Shown here one piece after another: positions 27,408-36,196 of a DNA stretch of 64,000 bases (positions are counted from its first letter, which is position 1; each line of letters starts with the position of its first letter). The stretch comes from an uncultured Poribacteria bacterium (GTDB taxonomy: Bacteria > Poribacteria > WGA-4E > PCPOR2b). Where the stretch lies: the NCBI GenBank assembly GCA_958296125.1, contig OY282444.1:1543940-1607939 (forward strand), written 5' to 3'. The notes beneath the pieces were generated by a model. That model saw only the letters and a list, made by a program, of their open reading frames with translations. It was not told where the DNA came from and searched no databases. The position numbers were made by a program, and so were the translations under genes.

Positions 27408-27461
27408 GGTATCATTCTATTTTATACTTTTCCGCAGCTAATCCTTAATAGGTTTGACCTC

Positions 27462-27779
27462 CTACTGCATCGGTGAGAAGGCGGTCGGAATGAGGGTATC
27501 CGAGAGGACTTCCGCAACGATTGGTCCATTCGCTTCGGTTTGTTCGCGGGCTTTAATCCATTCAGGATCATCGCGGAAGGCAGCCCATGCCGCTTCCATC
27601 GCTGCTTCGCTTTCATACCTACAGATATACACCAATTCGTTGGCATCTGACCGTGTCCAGAATCCAACAACTTCTATGCCATGCTTTTCAAAGAGACCAA
27701 AGGTGATATTTTCAAATCGGCTGAGGATGTTTGGCATCCGGCCTTCCGGAATTCTATAGGTGCGAAGTTCATAAACCAT
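27462..27779 (-). CDS. NIPSNAP family protein
   Basis: MVYELRTYRI..G....L.RFE......F.KHG...VG.W matches the NIPSNAP (dimeric alpha+beta barrel) signature. Confidence 0.7.
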   Translation of the reverse strand: MVYELRTYRIPEGRMPNILSRFENITFGLFEKHGIEVVGFWTRSDANELVYICRYESEAAMEAAWAAFRDDPEWIKAREQTEANGPIVAEVLSDTLIPTAFSPMQ

Positions 27780-27895
27780 TACTATTCTCCTTGTATAAAT
27801 ATGTGAGTTGTCTGGCGGCGTAAAAATTGAACACCACCGCGTTGAAACGTCGTCTCAATGCGACGAATATTTTGGTGCAAAAAGCCCGATCGAAC

Positions 27896-28927
27896 CTAAC
27901 CCAAAGGGGTCACCATAACCCAAAACGGTTGGCTCCCAACAGCGTAGTCTTTAAGTGCATGTAATTCACCAGTTGCCGCATCCACACGATAGCAAGTCAT
28001 TGTGTCCGCAGCCTCGCCGGCACCGTACAGATAGGTGCCCGTCGGGTCAATATTAAAGGATCGTGGACTCGCCGAGATCGGAAAATGTCCGAACGGATTG
28101 AGCGACCCCTCGGTGTCAATGTTAAACCCGACAATGCTGTCGTGCCCCCGATTGGATGCATAAGCCCATTTCCCATTCGGATGTACTTCCACGTGGGCGG
28201 TCGCCCCGCCTTCTGTGTAATCCGATGGTAAGGTCGAAATATTCTGGAAGATTTCGAGCGTACCTTTTTCCGGATCGTAACGGTGGGCAGTCACCGTGTT
28301 GCCCTGCTCGTTGACGATATAGGCGACATCCCCTTGGGGTCGAAAACAGATATGACGAGGCCCCGTTTCATCGTCGGGCGGTGCGAGTTCGGCGGGGTCA
28401 TTAGGTGTGAGTTGACCCGACTCGCTATCAAAGCGAAATTGGCAGGTCTTGTTGGTCGGGCAAACATGCGGTACAAAGATGAAGCGATCATCGGTCATCG
28501 AAAGGATCGCGTGAGCTTTCTCGCCGGTATCGACATACTGCACCAGTTCTCCAATTGCACCGTCGTCTCCTAGCCGATGTACGGTGATGCCGCCTCCACC
28601 GTAGTAGGCAGTGAGCAGGAAGCGTCCGTGCCTGTCCGTGGTGAGATGGGCGGGAATGCCGATGCCGGTATCCACTTTGTTGATAAGGGTGAGTTTGCAT
28701 GAGTCAGTATCAAGGCGGAAACTTGCCAACGTGGTTGATCCCACATGACTATCATACATTATGTCTCCAGACGGCTGCAGACAGAGAGCACCTGAAGGTC
28801 CGTGCGCGTTACTAGTTGAACGCAGCTGTAATGCGCCTGAATCGGGGTCCATGTCATAGCATTTAATCTGTTCGTCCCCGGTAAGCGAAACAAATACGAC
28901 ACATCGGTTTTTATCGGTTTGCATCAT
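27896..28927 (-). CDS. Lactonase, 7-bladed beta-propeller (6-phosphogluconolactonase Pgl/YbhE-like)
   Basis: Length and the repeated PRH/HP..G..Y/DS...F motifs (GPRHICFRPQGDVAYIVNEQGNTVT; HVEVHPNGKWAYASNRGHDSIVGF) match the YbhE lactonase family. Confidence 0.7.
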   Translation of the reverse strand: MMQTDKNRCVVFVSLTGDEQIKCYDMDPDSGALQLRSTSNAHGPSGALCLQPSGDIMYDSHVGSTTLASFRLDTDSCKLTLINKVDTGIGIPAHLTTDRHGRFLLTAYYGGGGITVHRLGDDGAIGELVQYVDTGEKAHAILSMTDDRFIFVPHVCPTNKTCQFRFDSESGQLTPNDPAELAPPDDETGPRHICFRPQGDVAYIVNEQGNTVTAHRYDPEKGTLEIFQNISTLPSDYTEGGATAHVEVHPNGKWAYASNRGHDSIVGFNIDTEGSLNPFGHFPISASPRSFNIDPTGTYLYGAGEAADTMTCYRVDAATGELHALKDYAVGSQPFWVMVTPLG

Positions 28928-29251
28928 ATAATAAGCTCCTATCTTGTGGCAGTTTACTGAAATCTATACAATCCATGCAGGTGAAGAAACTCAGTGCACA
29001 AGCTACCTGGCCCATCATTATAGCCGTTGACCGAATTTCGCACCCGAATGGCTTAAATTCTACCATTTTAGACCAACCGAATGCCAATTGAATTTTACAC
29101 AGAACAGTATGATATAGGGCTATTTAGTATTCCGTTTTTTGACCGATTTTGGCGGGTCGTCCGTTCCAGTCCCGATTGCATCGGACCTGTCCTCCCCGTT
29201 CCGTGCACGGTCCGAAGAATTAAATGACCCTACAGTATGATATAAAATCCG

Positions 29252-29281
29252 TTGACAGGGCATCCATTGCTGTGCTATGAT
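29252..29281 (+). promoter_or_regulatory. Near-consensus sigma70-type promoter upstream of the PhyH gene at 29347 (TTGACA-18 nt-TATGAT)
   Basis: TTGACA at 29252-29257 and TATGAT at 29276-29281, ~65 nt upstream of the ATG. Confidence 0.4.
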
Positions 29282-29346
29282 GATGTTTTTCGAGAAGCTG
29301 TCCATTTTCTGCCTGTTAAGTATACAAAACTGAGGGAAAAGAGACA

Positions 29347-30471
29347 ATGAAGAACTCAAGGGAACAAAAACAAACAGACGATCCCGTGCGAGCAGCCCGC
29401 GTGGACAATTTACTGCGCCCGGAGGTACTAAATGCCTTTGACCGCACAGCCTTCGAGCACGATGGATATTGGGTATGGGAGGGCATACTGACCGATGCCG
29501 GACGAAAGCAGTTCACCGCTAGTCTACAAAAATTGCAGCACATGAACGACTGCATCCTTATCGACACCGATTGGGCTTCTATCGACTTTGAGGGGCGTGG
29601 ATTGTCATCGCCGCCGCCAGAGCAAATCACCCCGGAGTTTTTGATATCTTGCTGCGGTGGATCAGAGCAAATGCCCAGCTTTCTCAGATCAGAGACGCGT
29701 ACATACATGCACGACCATGGACTCTTGGGGCCGGCCCCTACATTAGTCACACACGGGTTCGAGTCACTGGGGGTTATGCCGGAATATTTCCCGGCTGGAT
29801 ACGACGACTTCATTATGGATGTCACGACTGCCCATCCGCAGATGATAGGACTATTCAGGAAACTCTTTGGCGACCGCTTCGTGCTCGACCACTGTTTAAT
29901 GCTCAACCGGGCGGCTGGCTCGCGGGGGAGACGCTGGCATGCTCACCAATATCGGGAAGGACAGTATGAGGTCGAAGATCCTATCGGCACCGGTAAGGCA
30001 TTAACCCCTGAGTTTCTACAGCAGCAGTGCATCCGAACACTGTGCTACCCGGAAGGTGCAGAAGGCGGGGAAGGTGCGGAACTTGGGGTTATCCCGGGAT
30101 CTCATCTTTACCGCATCCCGTACAAGTGGAACACGGAGCGACCTGATGAAGACACCGACATGCAGGTAAACTGGCTGAAGGGAAAGACCCACGCCATCAC
30201 AGGCAAGCCGTTGGAAATTGTACATCTATCGCTACCCCCCGGGAGCATGGTTTCGTTTGTTCACCATATGCCACATCACGTCCAGCACCGTCCGCCAGGG
30301 GCACCCACCCGGTGGGGGCTGCTGATGGCGTATCGGACACCAGATCCCGCAGCCTCGCCAGCCAAGTGGACAGCCGGTATCCCCACCCATTGGGTAGAGC
30401 GTACTGCAGCAGCAGGAAAACTCTCCGATGCGGAGCACCGCGTGTTCGAGGCGGATAACCCCCTTAATTGA
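29347..30471 (+). CDS. Phytanoyl-CoA dioxygenase (PhyH) family oxygenase
   Basis: FDRTAFEHDGYWVWEGILT N-terminus, the WHAHQY HxD-type motif, VIPGSH, and a distal His in SFVHHMPHHVQH. Confidence 0.8.
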   Translation: MKNSREQKQTDDPVRAARVDNLLRPEVLNAFDRTAFEHDGYWVWEGILTDAGRKQFTASLQKLQHMNDCILIDTDWASIDFEGRGLSSPPPEQITPEFLISCCGGSEQMPSFLRSETRTYMHDHGLLGPAPTLVTHGFESLGVMPEYFPAGYDDFIMDVTTAHPQMIGLFRKLFGDRFVLDHCLMLNRAAGSRGRRWHAHQYREGQYEVEDPIGTGKALTPEFLQQQCIRTLCYPEGAEGGEGAELGVIPGSHLYRIPYKWNTERPDEDTDMQVNWLKGKTHAITGKPLEIVHLSLPPGSMVSFVHHMPHHVQHRPPGAPTRWGLLMAYRTPDPAASPAKWTAGIPTHWVERTAAAGKLSDAEHRVFEADNPLN

Positions 30472-30475
30472 CCTA

Positions 30476-31756
30476 TCAAGACTGTGAATCCACAGTCCGT
30501 CCGCCCGTCAAGTCCTTGTCGTAGCTCGGCCGAAACAACTCGGTGAGAACGGTTGGCAACTCACCCCGCTCCGCCTTCATCGCCCATACCGGCGGAATTG
30601 AGTGCGATGGCTGGGCGTAACCGGTTATATCACTCGGTTTCTTGTAGCAGTAAAGCGAGCACCAGCGAGTCTTCTTCTCCAAAGCTTTGGGAGCCACTGC
30701 ATGTGCGGCGTGGGATAGGCAGCAGACAACCGACCCCGGAGGCAGCGAGATGTATTCAATTTGAAGCGGCTCCGAAGTGACGGGATGTACCCGACCCGCT
30801 AACCATCCCTGCCGCATCTCTTCGTCGGTGTCAGCCCGGCACCCCGTCGGATCTCGAAAGAGATAGCTGCCTCGAATGATTTTGAGACCCCCGTCAGCCT
30901 CGGCTTCAAAGCCTTGGGGATAACAGAGTGTGAGATTGAAATTCGGTTGTGCCTGATACTCCGACAAACTCGTTACGCCGCAATTGTCAGCACCGCCGCC
31001 GATTTTATGGCTGTGCCACGCACCACCGGGATAGCCTGGGGGTCTCGTCAATAGCTGATTATGATCGAAATAGATGTCATCACTGCCGAGGCTCATTCGT
31101 TGCAGCTGAAGCATCTGCGGGTGTGTGAGGACGTTCATTAAGTATGGGACATGCCCTGCCGGAAAATACTCAGCGAACACACTGTGCTGCCGCAATGTCT
31201 TCACACCCGTCTCATCGTCTGACTGCGGTGCCTTTTGGCTCCCTCCGAGGGCGTTATTAATCTCCTCAACGGTTAGATATTTTGTCGGTGGTGTGCGGCC
31301 AAGAGTGTCCCAGTCAATCTGTGTCCAGTCTGCCCTCAGCAATCTGTCGTTGAGGTGCTGACCATATTTCAACGCCGCGGTCCATTCCTCGACAGCTTTG
31401 GGCGTTATGACTTCTTTCAGGACAGCATATCCATCCCGCGAAAAGCTGGCGTGATCGAATTGTGCAGCAACCGCCGACATGTCGAATATGGGTTCGCGAT
31501 TTGCTTCTAACCGGTCCCAATCGCTCCGAGACCAATGCACAGGTGAGTGCTCGTTGGCAAGGAAGCTAGGGCGGGTGGCACGTGCAAGTTCGCTGGTCGA
31601 GCGCAGCAGAAGCTGAGCTAACATCGGATCTGATACTTCAGGAACAAGGAGTGGGTTCTGTGGCATTGTGGGAGCAGAATCAGGAGATGACGCACTTCCC
31701 TTCATAACTGACCTCTCTTCCCAAAAGTTACGGGCGGATTTTCTGAGAAAACGCAC
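30476..31756 (-). CDS. Phytanoyl-CoA dioxygenase (PhyH) family oxygenase with an N-terminal extension
   Basis: FSRDGYAVLKEVIT, WHSHKIGG, IIRGSY and CCLSHAAHAV. It is convergent with the 29347 paralog, with stops 4 nt apart. Confidence 0.75.
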   Translation of the reverse strand: MRFLRKSARNFWEERSVMKGSASSPDSAPTMPQNPLLVPEVSDPMLAQLLLRSTSELARATRPSFLANEHSPVHWSRSDWDRLEANREPIFDMSAVAAQFDHASFSRDGYAVLKEVITPKAVEEWTAALKYGQHLNDRLLRADWTQIDWDTLGRTPPTKYLTVEEINNALGGSQKAPQSDDETGVKTLRQHSVFAEYFPAGHVPYLMNVLTHPQMLQLQRMSLGSDDIYFDHNQLLTRPPGYPGGAWHSHKIGGGADNCGVTSLSEYQAQPNFNLTLCYPQGFEAEADGGLKIIRGSYLFRDPTGCRADTDEEMRQGWLAGRVHPVTSEPLQIEYISLPPGSVVCCLSHAAHAVAPKALEKKTRWCSLYCYKKPSDITGYAQPSHSIPPVWAMKAERGELPTVLTELFRPSYDKDLTGGRTVDSQS

Positions 31757-31939
31757 TTGTTGGCATATTGACCTTACGGTCTACATCAGCCAAACAGATA
31801 ACAAACTTTTCCTTGATTTGTCGGACCGATAATGATAGTATCTGATTGAAGTTTAGCACCTTGCCCCTAGGCTGTCAAGCGGAAAAAGCCGCACGAAATA
31901 ACGGGCACCGGAAGCTGAAATCCTTGCAAGTATGGTTGG

Positions 31940-32130
31940 GGCACCGGTTTATGAGGACTTAGAAGATTGTGTGGATGGAGCCGATGTGGTATACATCCTC
32001 ACACCTTCCCATTGAATCTGAGCCGGGCGATGTCGTTTACTTCAGTCATCAACTCTGGCATGCGTCGTTCGGTGGGCGTGTGGGCAGGCGAATGTTCACG
32101 CTGAACTTCCGAAGCGCGCCAACTGATTAG
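31940..32130 (+). pseudogene. Frameshifted remnant of a PhyH-family gene (C-terminal His-motif region only)
   Basis: Hand translation gives ...DGADVVYILTPSH* in one frame and EPGDVVYFSHQLWHASFGGRVGRRMFTLNFRSAPTD* in another. Both match the conserved GD.vfF.....H.s..N motif of the intact PhyH paralogs. No start codon and no upstream domains are present. Confidence 0.35.
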
Positions 32131-32141
32131 AAAGGTCTGTT

Positions 32142-33002
32142 ATGGAATATCGTGAATTTGGAAGGACAGGGATGCGGCTGAGTGTCATAGGGACAGGCGG
32201 TCTCCTTGCACACTATTGGGAAGGAGAATCCGGTCATCCACCCCCCGAAGAGAAGCGGCGGATTTATCTACAAGCAGCCGAATCCGGGATAAACCTATTC
32301 GACATGGGATACGGGGATGAGATCCATATCCCGGAAGAGTTGAAGGGCAATACGGACGAGCGTTACTTTTCCCTGAAAGTCGGTGCCCCTGCAGCGACAG
32401 ACTTAGCAGGGATTATCGACAAACATCTTGTAAATCTGCGTAGAGATGCGATAGACATCCTCCGGGTACACTATTATGCCTACATGAAAGACACCCAACT
32501 AAGGAAGCGAATCACCGATCTCAAGCAGATGGGCAAGGTGCGATCGCTCTGTCTGATACGCCACTTTGAGGCGGATCAAGATGCCTATGTAACGCGCGGT
32601 CCAGAAAAGGGGGCAGACGCGGACTTGGTTATCTACAATTATGTCTGTCGCAGTCAGGCACAGGGTATTCGGGCCTCCTCCAAAGCTGGGAAGGGAGTCT
32701 TGGTAATGAAAGCACTCGGTGGGCAATACTTGAGTTGGCAACATAAAATTGGGACGGACTGGGCCAAAGCAACGGAGGAAACTCTGGTGCAGCTTTCACC
32801 CCTCGGTGAGAGTATGCGCAGCGAATTGCCGCTTGTCTATTCCTTTACCGCCGGTCCTTGGCAGGAGTTGGCTGAGTCAGGGGAACAGATTTCGCCGACC
32901 GGTAAGGCAGTATCATGGGTGCTCGAAAACCGAGGGGTGAGCAGTGCTTTGGTAGCGGTTGCCAGTGTCAAAGAACTTGAGGCTGTTTTGGAGGGGATAT
33001 AG
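32142..33002 (+). CDS. Aldo/keto reductase-like protein (divergent)
   Basis: MEYREFGRTGMRLSVIGTGG is an AKR-type N-terminus. The rest is divergent from canonical AKR catalytic motifs. Confidence 0.45.
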   Translation: MEYREFGRTGMRLSVIGTGGLLAHYWEGESGHPPPEEKRRIYLQAAESGINLFDMGYGDEIHIPEELKGNTDERYFSLKVGAPAATDLAGIIDKHLVNLRRDAIDILRVHYYAYMKDTQLRKRITDLKQMGKVRSLCLIRHFEADQDAYVTRGPEKGADADLVIYNYVCRSQAQGIRASSKAGKGVLVMKALGGQYLSWQHKIGTDWAKATEETLVQLSPLGESMRSELPLVYSFTAGPWQELAESGEQISPTGKAVSWVLENRGVSSALVAVASVKELEAVLEGI

Positions 33003-33045
33003 AAGGCCTCTTATACCGATTACGAGACTGTTGAGTGAGGTTTTC

Positions 33046-33801
33046 ATGGATATACAATTAACATCGGTTCAAAAAGAAGAGTACCAACGCGATGGTTATA
33101 CTATCGTCAAAGGCGCGTTCGATATAGACGAGTGCGATCAGTTTATTGAGTATATGATGGACCTACATGCCGGACGTAAGACTGTCGAAGGCTACCCCGC
33201 GCGCGAGCCGGATGACTGGAGGCGGACACATAACCGCTCCCTGCACGAGCCTGTGGGGCTAGCTTGGATGCTCGATGCTAGATTGTACCAGCCGTTGCAG
33301 ACACTCCTCGAGGATGAACCGGATGCTGTGCAGAGTATGTATTTCTATAAAGGTTCGGAACAACGTCGGCATCAAGATGCCTATCATCTCCCGGGCTGTA
33401 TGTCGGCGTGGATCGCCCTTCAGGAGGTTGGCGCGTGGAACGGAAGCATCCACATCCAACTCAGCTCTCACAAGGGACCGATTATTGATAAGAAGGATTT
33501 TAGAGTTGATGAAGACGGCAAGCGGGGTCCTTGGTATGGTTGGCATCCGGAAGACGCATTCGATGCCCTGTTTGAGAGCAACGGGCTTCCAGAAATCGCT
33601 GTCGAAGCATCAAAGGGAGATGTGGTATTCTTCCACGGTCGGCTCATCCATCGTGGCGGTTCCATTTTGGAGCCGGGCGCGTTTCGTCACAGTTTCGCTT
33701 GCCACTATATCCCCCATTCTTTTAATCCTTGGCCCTATGAAGCACTACCGAGGTTGCGGATTTCATTCGATGGGGTCTGCCGATTTACGCCGACCCACTG
33801 A
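33046..33801 (+). CDS. Phytanoyl-CoA dioxygenase (PhyH) family oxygenase
   Basis: QKEEYQRDGYTIVKGAF, RHQDAYH (HxD) and GDVVFFHGRLIHRGG. The ORF opens at 32959 but overlaps the upstream gene, so the internal Met at 33046 is the likely start. Confidence 0.8.
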   Translation: MDIQLTSVQKEEYQRDGYTIVKGAFDIDECDQFIEYMMDLHAGRKTVEGYPAREPDDWRRTHNRSLHEPVGLAWMLDARLYQPLQTLLEDEPDAVQSMYFYKGSEQRRHQDAYHLPGCMSAWIALQEVGAWNGSIHIQLSSHKGPIIDKKDFRVDEDGKRGPWYGWHPEDAFDALFESNGLPEIAVEASKGDVVFFHGRLIHRGGSILEPGAFRHSFACHYIPHSFNPWPYEALPRLRISFDGVCRFTPTH

Positions 33802-33854
33802 TAGATGGAGTATTTGCAGATTCAGTTGAGGGGAAAAGTCCGTTTGTATAAATA

Positions 33855-34916
33855 CTAGGTCGAGTGAAATCTCTGAATCGCATCAACCAACTTATCCGCC
33901 CCAAAACGGATGACATCCGTGGCGGGTAGTCCCGTCTCTCGCTCTGTGTCTTCAACAGCTTGATGGGCTTCCTCTTCGGTGAGATCAAAGCAGTTGAGAC
34001 CAATCCCAATGACTTTGGCGGGTTTAATGGGGTTGGCAAGCATCTCATACTGACGGATTAATTCCGGCACCGGAGGCAGCGGCACAGTGTATCGGGCGAC
34101 AATCTTCCGTGAGGGTTGGTGACAGAAGATTATAGCATCGGGCATCGAGCCGTGCAGGAGGCTCAATGTAACGCCCGAATAGCCGGGGTGCACTAGCGAT
34201 CCTTGTCCTTCGACGAGGAGGAGATCACGTGCCCTTTTTGCCCCTTCGAGCACAATCTCCTCCGATGCCCCCGCTGTGAAGTCCGATACCACCGCGTCAA
34301 TGGCAATTCCCCAACCGGAGATCATGATACCATTCTGACCGGTCGCGCAAAATTCGGCATCCAATCCACGATTCCGCGCCATCTCTGCGAGTTCAATCGC
34401 TGTCACCATTTTGCCGATTCGACAATCCGATCCGACAGTCAGGATAACGGTTGGATCCACTGCGTCGGCTTTGCAGGTAGCAATTGGCAGGTCTGCTGGC
34501 GGTTTACGCACATCCCACAGTGTGACGTTGTGGCGTTTGGCGAGATCAGCGAGTTGTGGGTCATCACTCAGGAATCGGTGGAGTCCACTCATGACATGCA
34601 GCCCGTGTCCGATAGCTTCCTTCAGAATCGCTATCCACGTTTCAGGCAGTTGCCCCCCCGGTGGCGCGATTCCAATTGCGAGCATCGTTGGATTCAATTC
34701 CATCGCTTCTGCAAGGCTGCTAAGGACCGGAATTCCCTCTCCGATTTCAATGACTTCGCTGACATCTTTCCCGGCTTGTTCGCTGTCGATAACAGCAACG
34801 ACATTTTCGGCATGGTAGCGCACCAATACTGTCGCTGCTTTTGATTCGAGGATGCCGAATGAACCTTCGGCGAGAATGGCCATTTTATGTGCTTTGGGAT
34901 TGAGTAGTTGTTCCAT
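33855..34916 (-). CDS. DUF1611 family protein
   Basis: MAILAEGSFGILESKAATVLVRY... with the GKTA(V)LVRY-type N-terminus, plus GMVTAIELAEMARNRGLD and VEGQGSLVHPGYSGVTLSLLHG, characteristic of PF07755. Confidence 0.65.
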   Translation of the reverse strand: MEQLLNPKAHKMAILAEGSFGILESKAATVLVRYHAENVVAVIDSEQAGKDVSEVIEIGEGIPVLSSLAEAMELNPTMLAIGIAPPGGQLPETWIAILKEAIGHGLHVMSGLHRFLSDDPQLADLAKRHNVTLWDVRKPPADLPIATCKADAVDPTVILTVGSDCRIGKMVTAIELAEMARNRGLDAEFCATGQNGIMISGWGIAIDAVVSDFTAGASEEIVLEGAKRARDLLLVEGQGSLVHPGYSGVTLSLLHGSMPDAIIFCHQPSRKIVARYTVPLPPVPELIRQYEMLANPIKPAKVIGIGLNCFDLTEEEAHQAVEDTERETGLPATDVIRFGADKLVDAIQRFHST

Positions 34917-35175
34917 ATACCTCGTCCTTATTTTCCTGACAGTTTTTGTCCCTGATACAACATTTCTCTATTTCTTTGACGGAAAATTGTGCTTTTAATG
35001 GCAAAAGTTGTGCCTCTGGAAGATTTGTAATTTCAGCGATGAGCCCAATCTCCATTCCTTTAGCAAGCATCACCCTTGCGGATTCAATCTTCCCTTCCCT
35101 TTTGCCTTCCACTCGACCGTTGTGATGGATCTGTTGCTTCTCTTTTTCTAATGCGGTAATTAACATCGTCTTCAC
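34885..35175 (-). pseudogene. Tandemly duplicated C-terminal fragment of the adjacent Rpn/YhgA-like nuclease gene
   Basis: It encodes MLITALEKEKQQIHHNGRVEGKREGKIESARVMLAKGMEIGLIAEITNLPEAQLL. This is a near copy of residues ~235-320 of the upstream Rpn protein (MLITALEKEKQQIYHNGRVEG...KIESAKVMLAKGMEIRLIAEITGFPQAQLL). The N-terminal nuclease domain is absent. Confidence 0.45.
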
Positions 35176-36158
35176 CTCTTTTCTGAGGGAAGCTCTGCCT
35201 TCAACTGCAAGAGTTGTGCTTGGGGAAACCCTGTAATTTCAGCGATGAGCCTAATCTCCATTCCTTTGGCAAGCATCACCTTTGCGGATTCAATTTTGCC
35301 TTCCCTTTTACCTTCGACCCGGCCTTCCCTTTTGCCTTCCACCCGGCCTTCCCTTTTGCCTTCCCTTTTGCCTTCGACCCGGCCTTCCACTCGACCGTTG
35401 TGATAGATCTGTTGCTTCTCTTTTTCTAACGCGGTAATTAACATCGTTCTTACCTCCTCTTCGTTTTGATAAATGGTTTCTAATGACTCATAGTCCCCAG
35501 ATGCAATCCGTCCGTGGAGCGCGAGCTGCTTGAACCAGTTTAAGAACAGACTGACCGCCCCCTTGTCCGCCTCCGATGAGAACAGATGCAGCAATTCCGC
35601 CTCCAGTACATCTACATCATAATACGATTCCGCTAAAAACAACGTGGAAACGATGTTTCGGATTTTCATCAGGGCTTGTTGGCTATATTGGTTTTCAGCA
35701 ATCAAGAAATACTGAAAATCTAAGGCAAAAGCACCCAACGAGGGGGTCTGTTCAATTAAATCGGATAGGTTAATCGGTGCCGTCCAGTGGTCTTCTCCAT
35801 TGTATAGCACGATCGGGAAAACCGCAGGTAGCTTTTTGACCTGTTTGTGATTGGCAACATAGTCCATGTAGAAGTTGGTGATGTAGTTGAGGACCCGTAA
35901 CGCCATGAACGGCTCGACGGTGGATTGAAACTCAATGACGATATAGATATAAACCTCATGGTTAAGCAACTGAACTTTGTAAATCAAGTCACTTTCGGTT
36001 TCCTTGTAGTGTTGGGAGATGAATGACTTATCAAGCGTTTCGCACGTCGCAAAATCCAGATGATTGACCCATTCTTGTGTAACGAAGGTCTCAAGCAGTT
36101 GCCGAAATACGGTCTGATTTGAAAAGAGTTTTTTGTATCCGCTGTCGTGAATGTTCAC
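35172..36158 (-). CDS. Rpn family recombination-promoting nuclease / putative transposase (YhgA-like, PD-(D/E)XK)
   Basis: DSGYKKLFSNQTVFRQLLETFV..., DLIYKVQLLNHEVYIYIVIEFQSTVEPFMALRVLNYI and a C-terminal tetrapeptide-repeat tail (GRVE/GKRE x8) are hallmarks of the Transposase_31/Rpn family. Confidence 0.8.
   Translation of the reverse strand: MNIHDSGYKKLFSNQTVFRQLLETFVTQEWVNHLDFATCETLDKSFISQHYKETESDLIYKVQLLNHEVYIYIVIEFQSTVEPFMALRVLNYITNFYMDYVANHKQVKKLPAVFPIVLYNGEDHWTAPINLSDLIEQTPSLGAFALDFQYFLIAENQYSQQALMKIRNIVSTLFLAESYYDVDVLEAELLHLFSSEADKGAVSLFLNWFKQLALHGRIASGDYESLETIYQNEEEVRTMLITALEKEKQQIYHNGRVEGRVEGKREGKREGRVEGKREGRVEGKREGKIESAKVMLAKGMEIRLIAEITGFPQAQLLQLKAELPSEKR
35296..35390. repeat. 12-bp coding minisatellite (GKRE/GRVE tetrapeptide units) in the Rpn C-terminus
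   Basis: Alternating units ccttcccttttg and ccttcgacccgg/ccttccacccgg are repeated ~8 times. The duplicated fragment at 34885-35175 carries only ~3 units. Confidence 0.7.
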
Positions 36159-36196
36159 CGTTAGCCCCTCTCAAAGACTTACGTCGGCCGATTCGG

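Noticed and set aside
35296-35390. Possible CRISPR-like short repeat array
   Set aside because: The 12-bp units are contiguous with no spacers and are in frame within the Rpn coding sequence, encoding GKRE/GRVE repeats. No cas genes are present.
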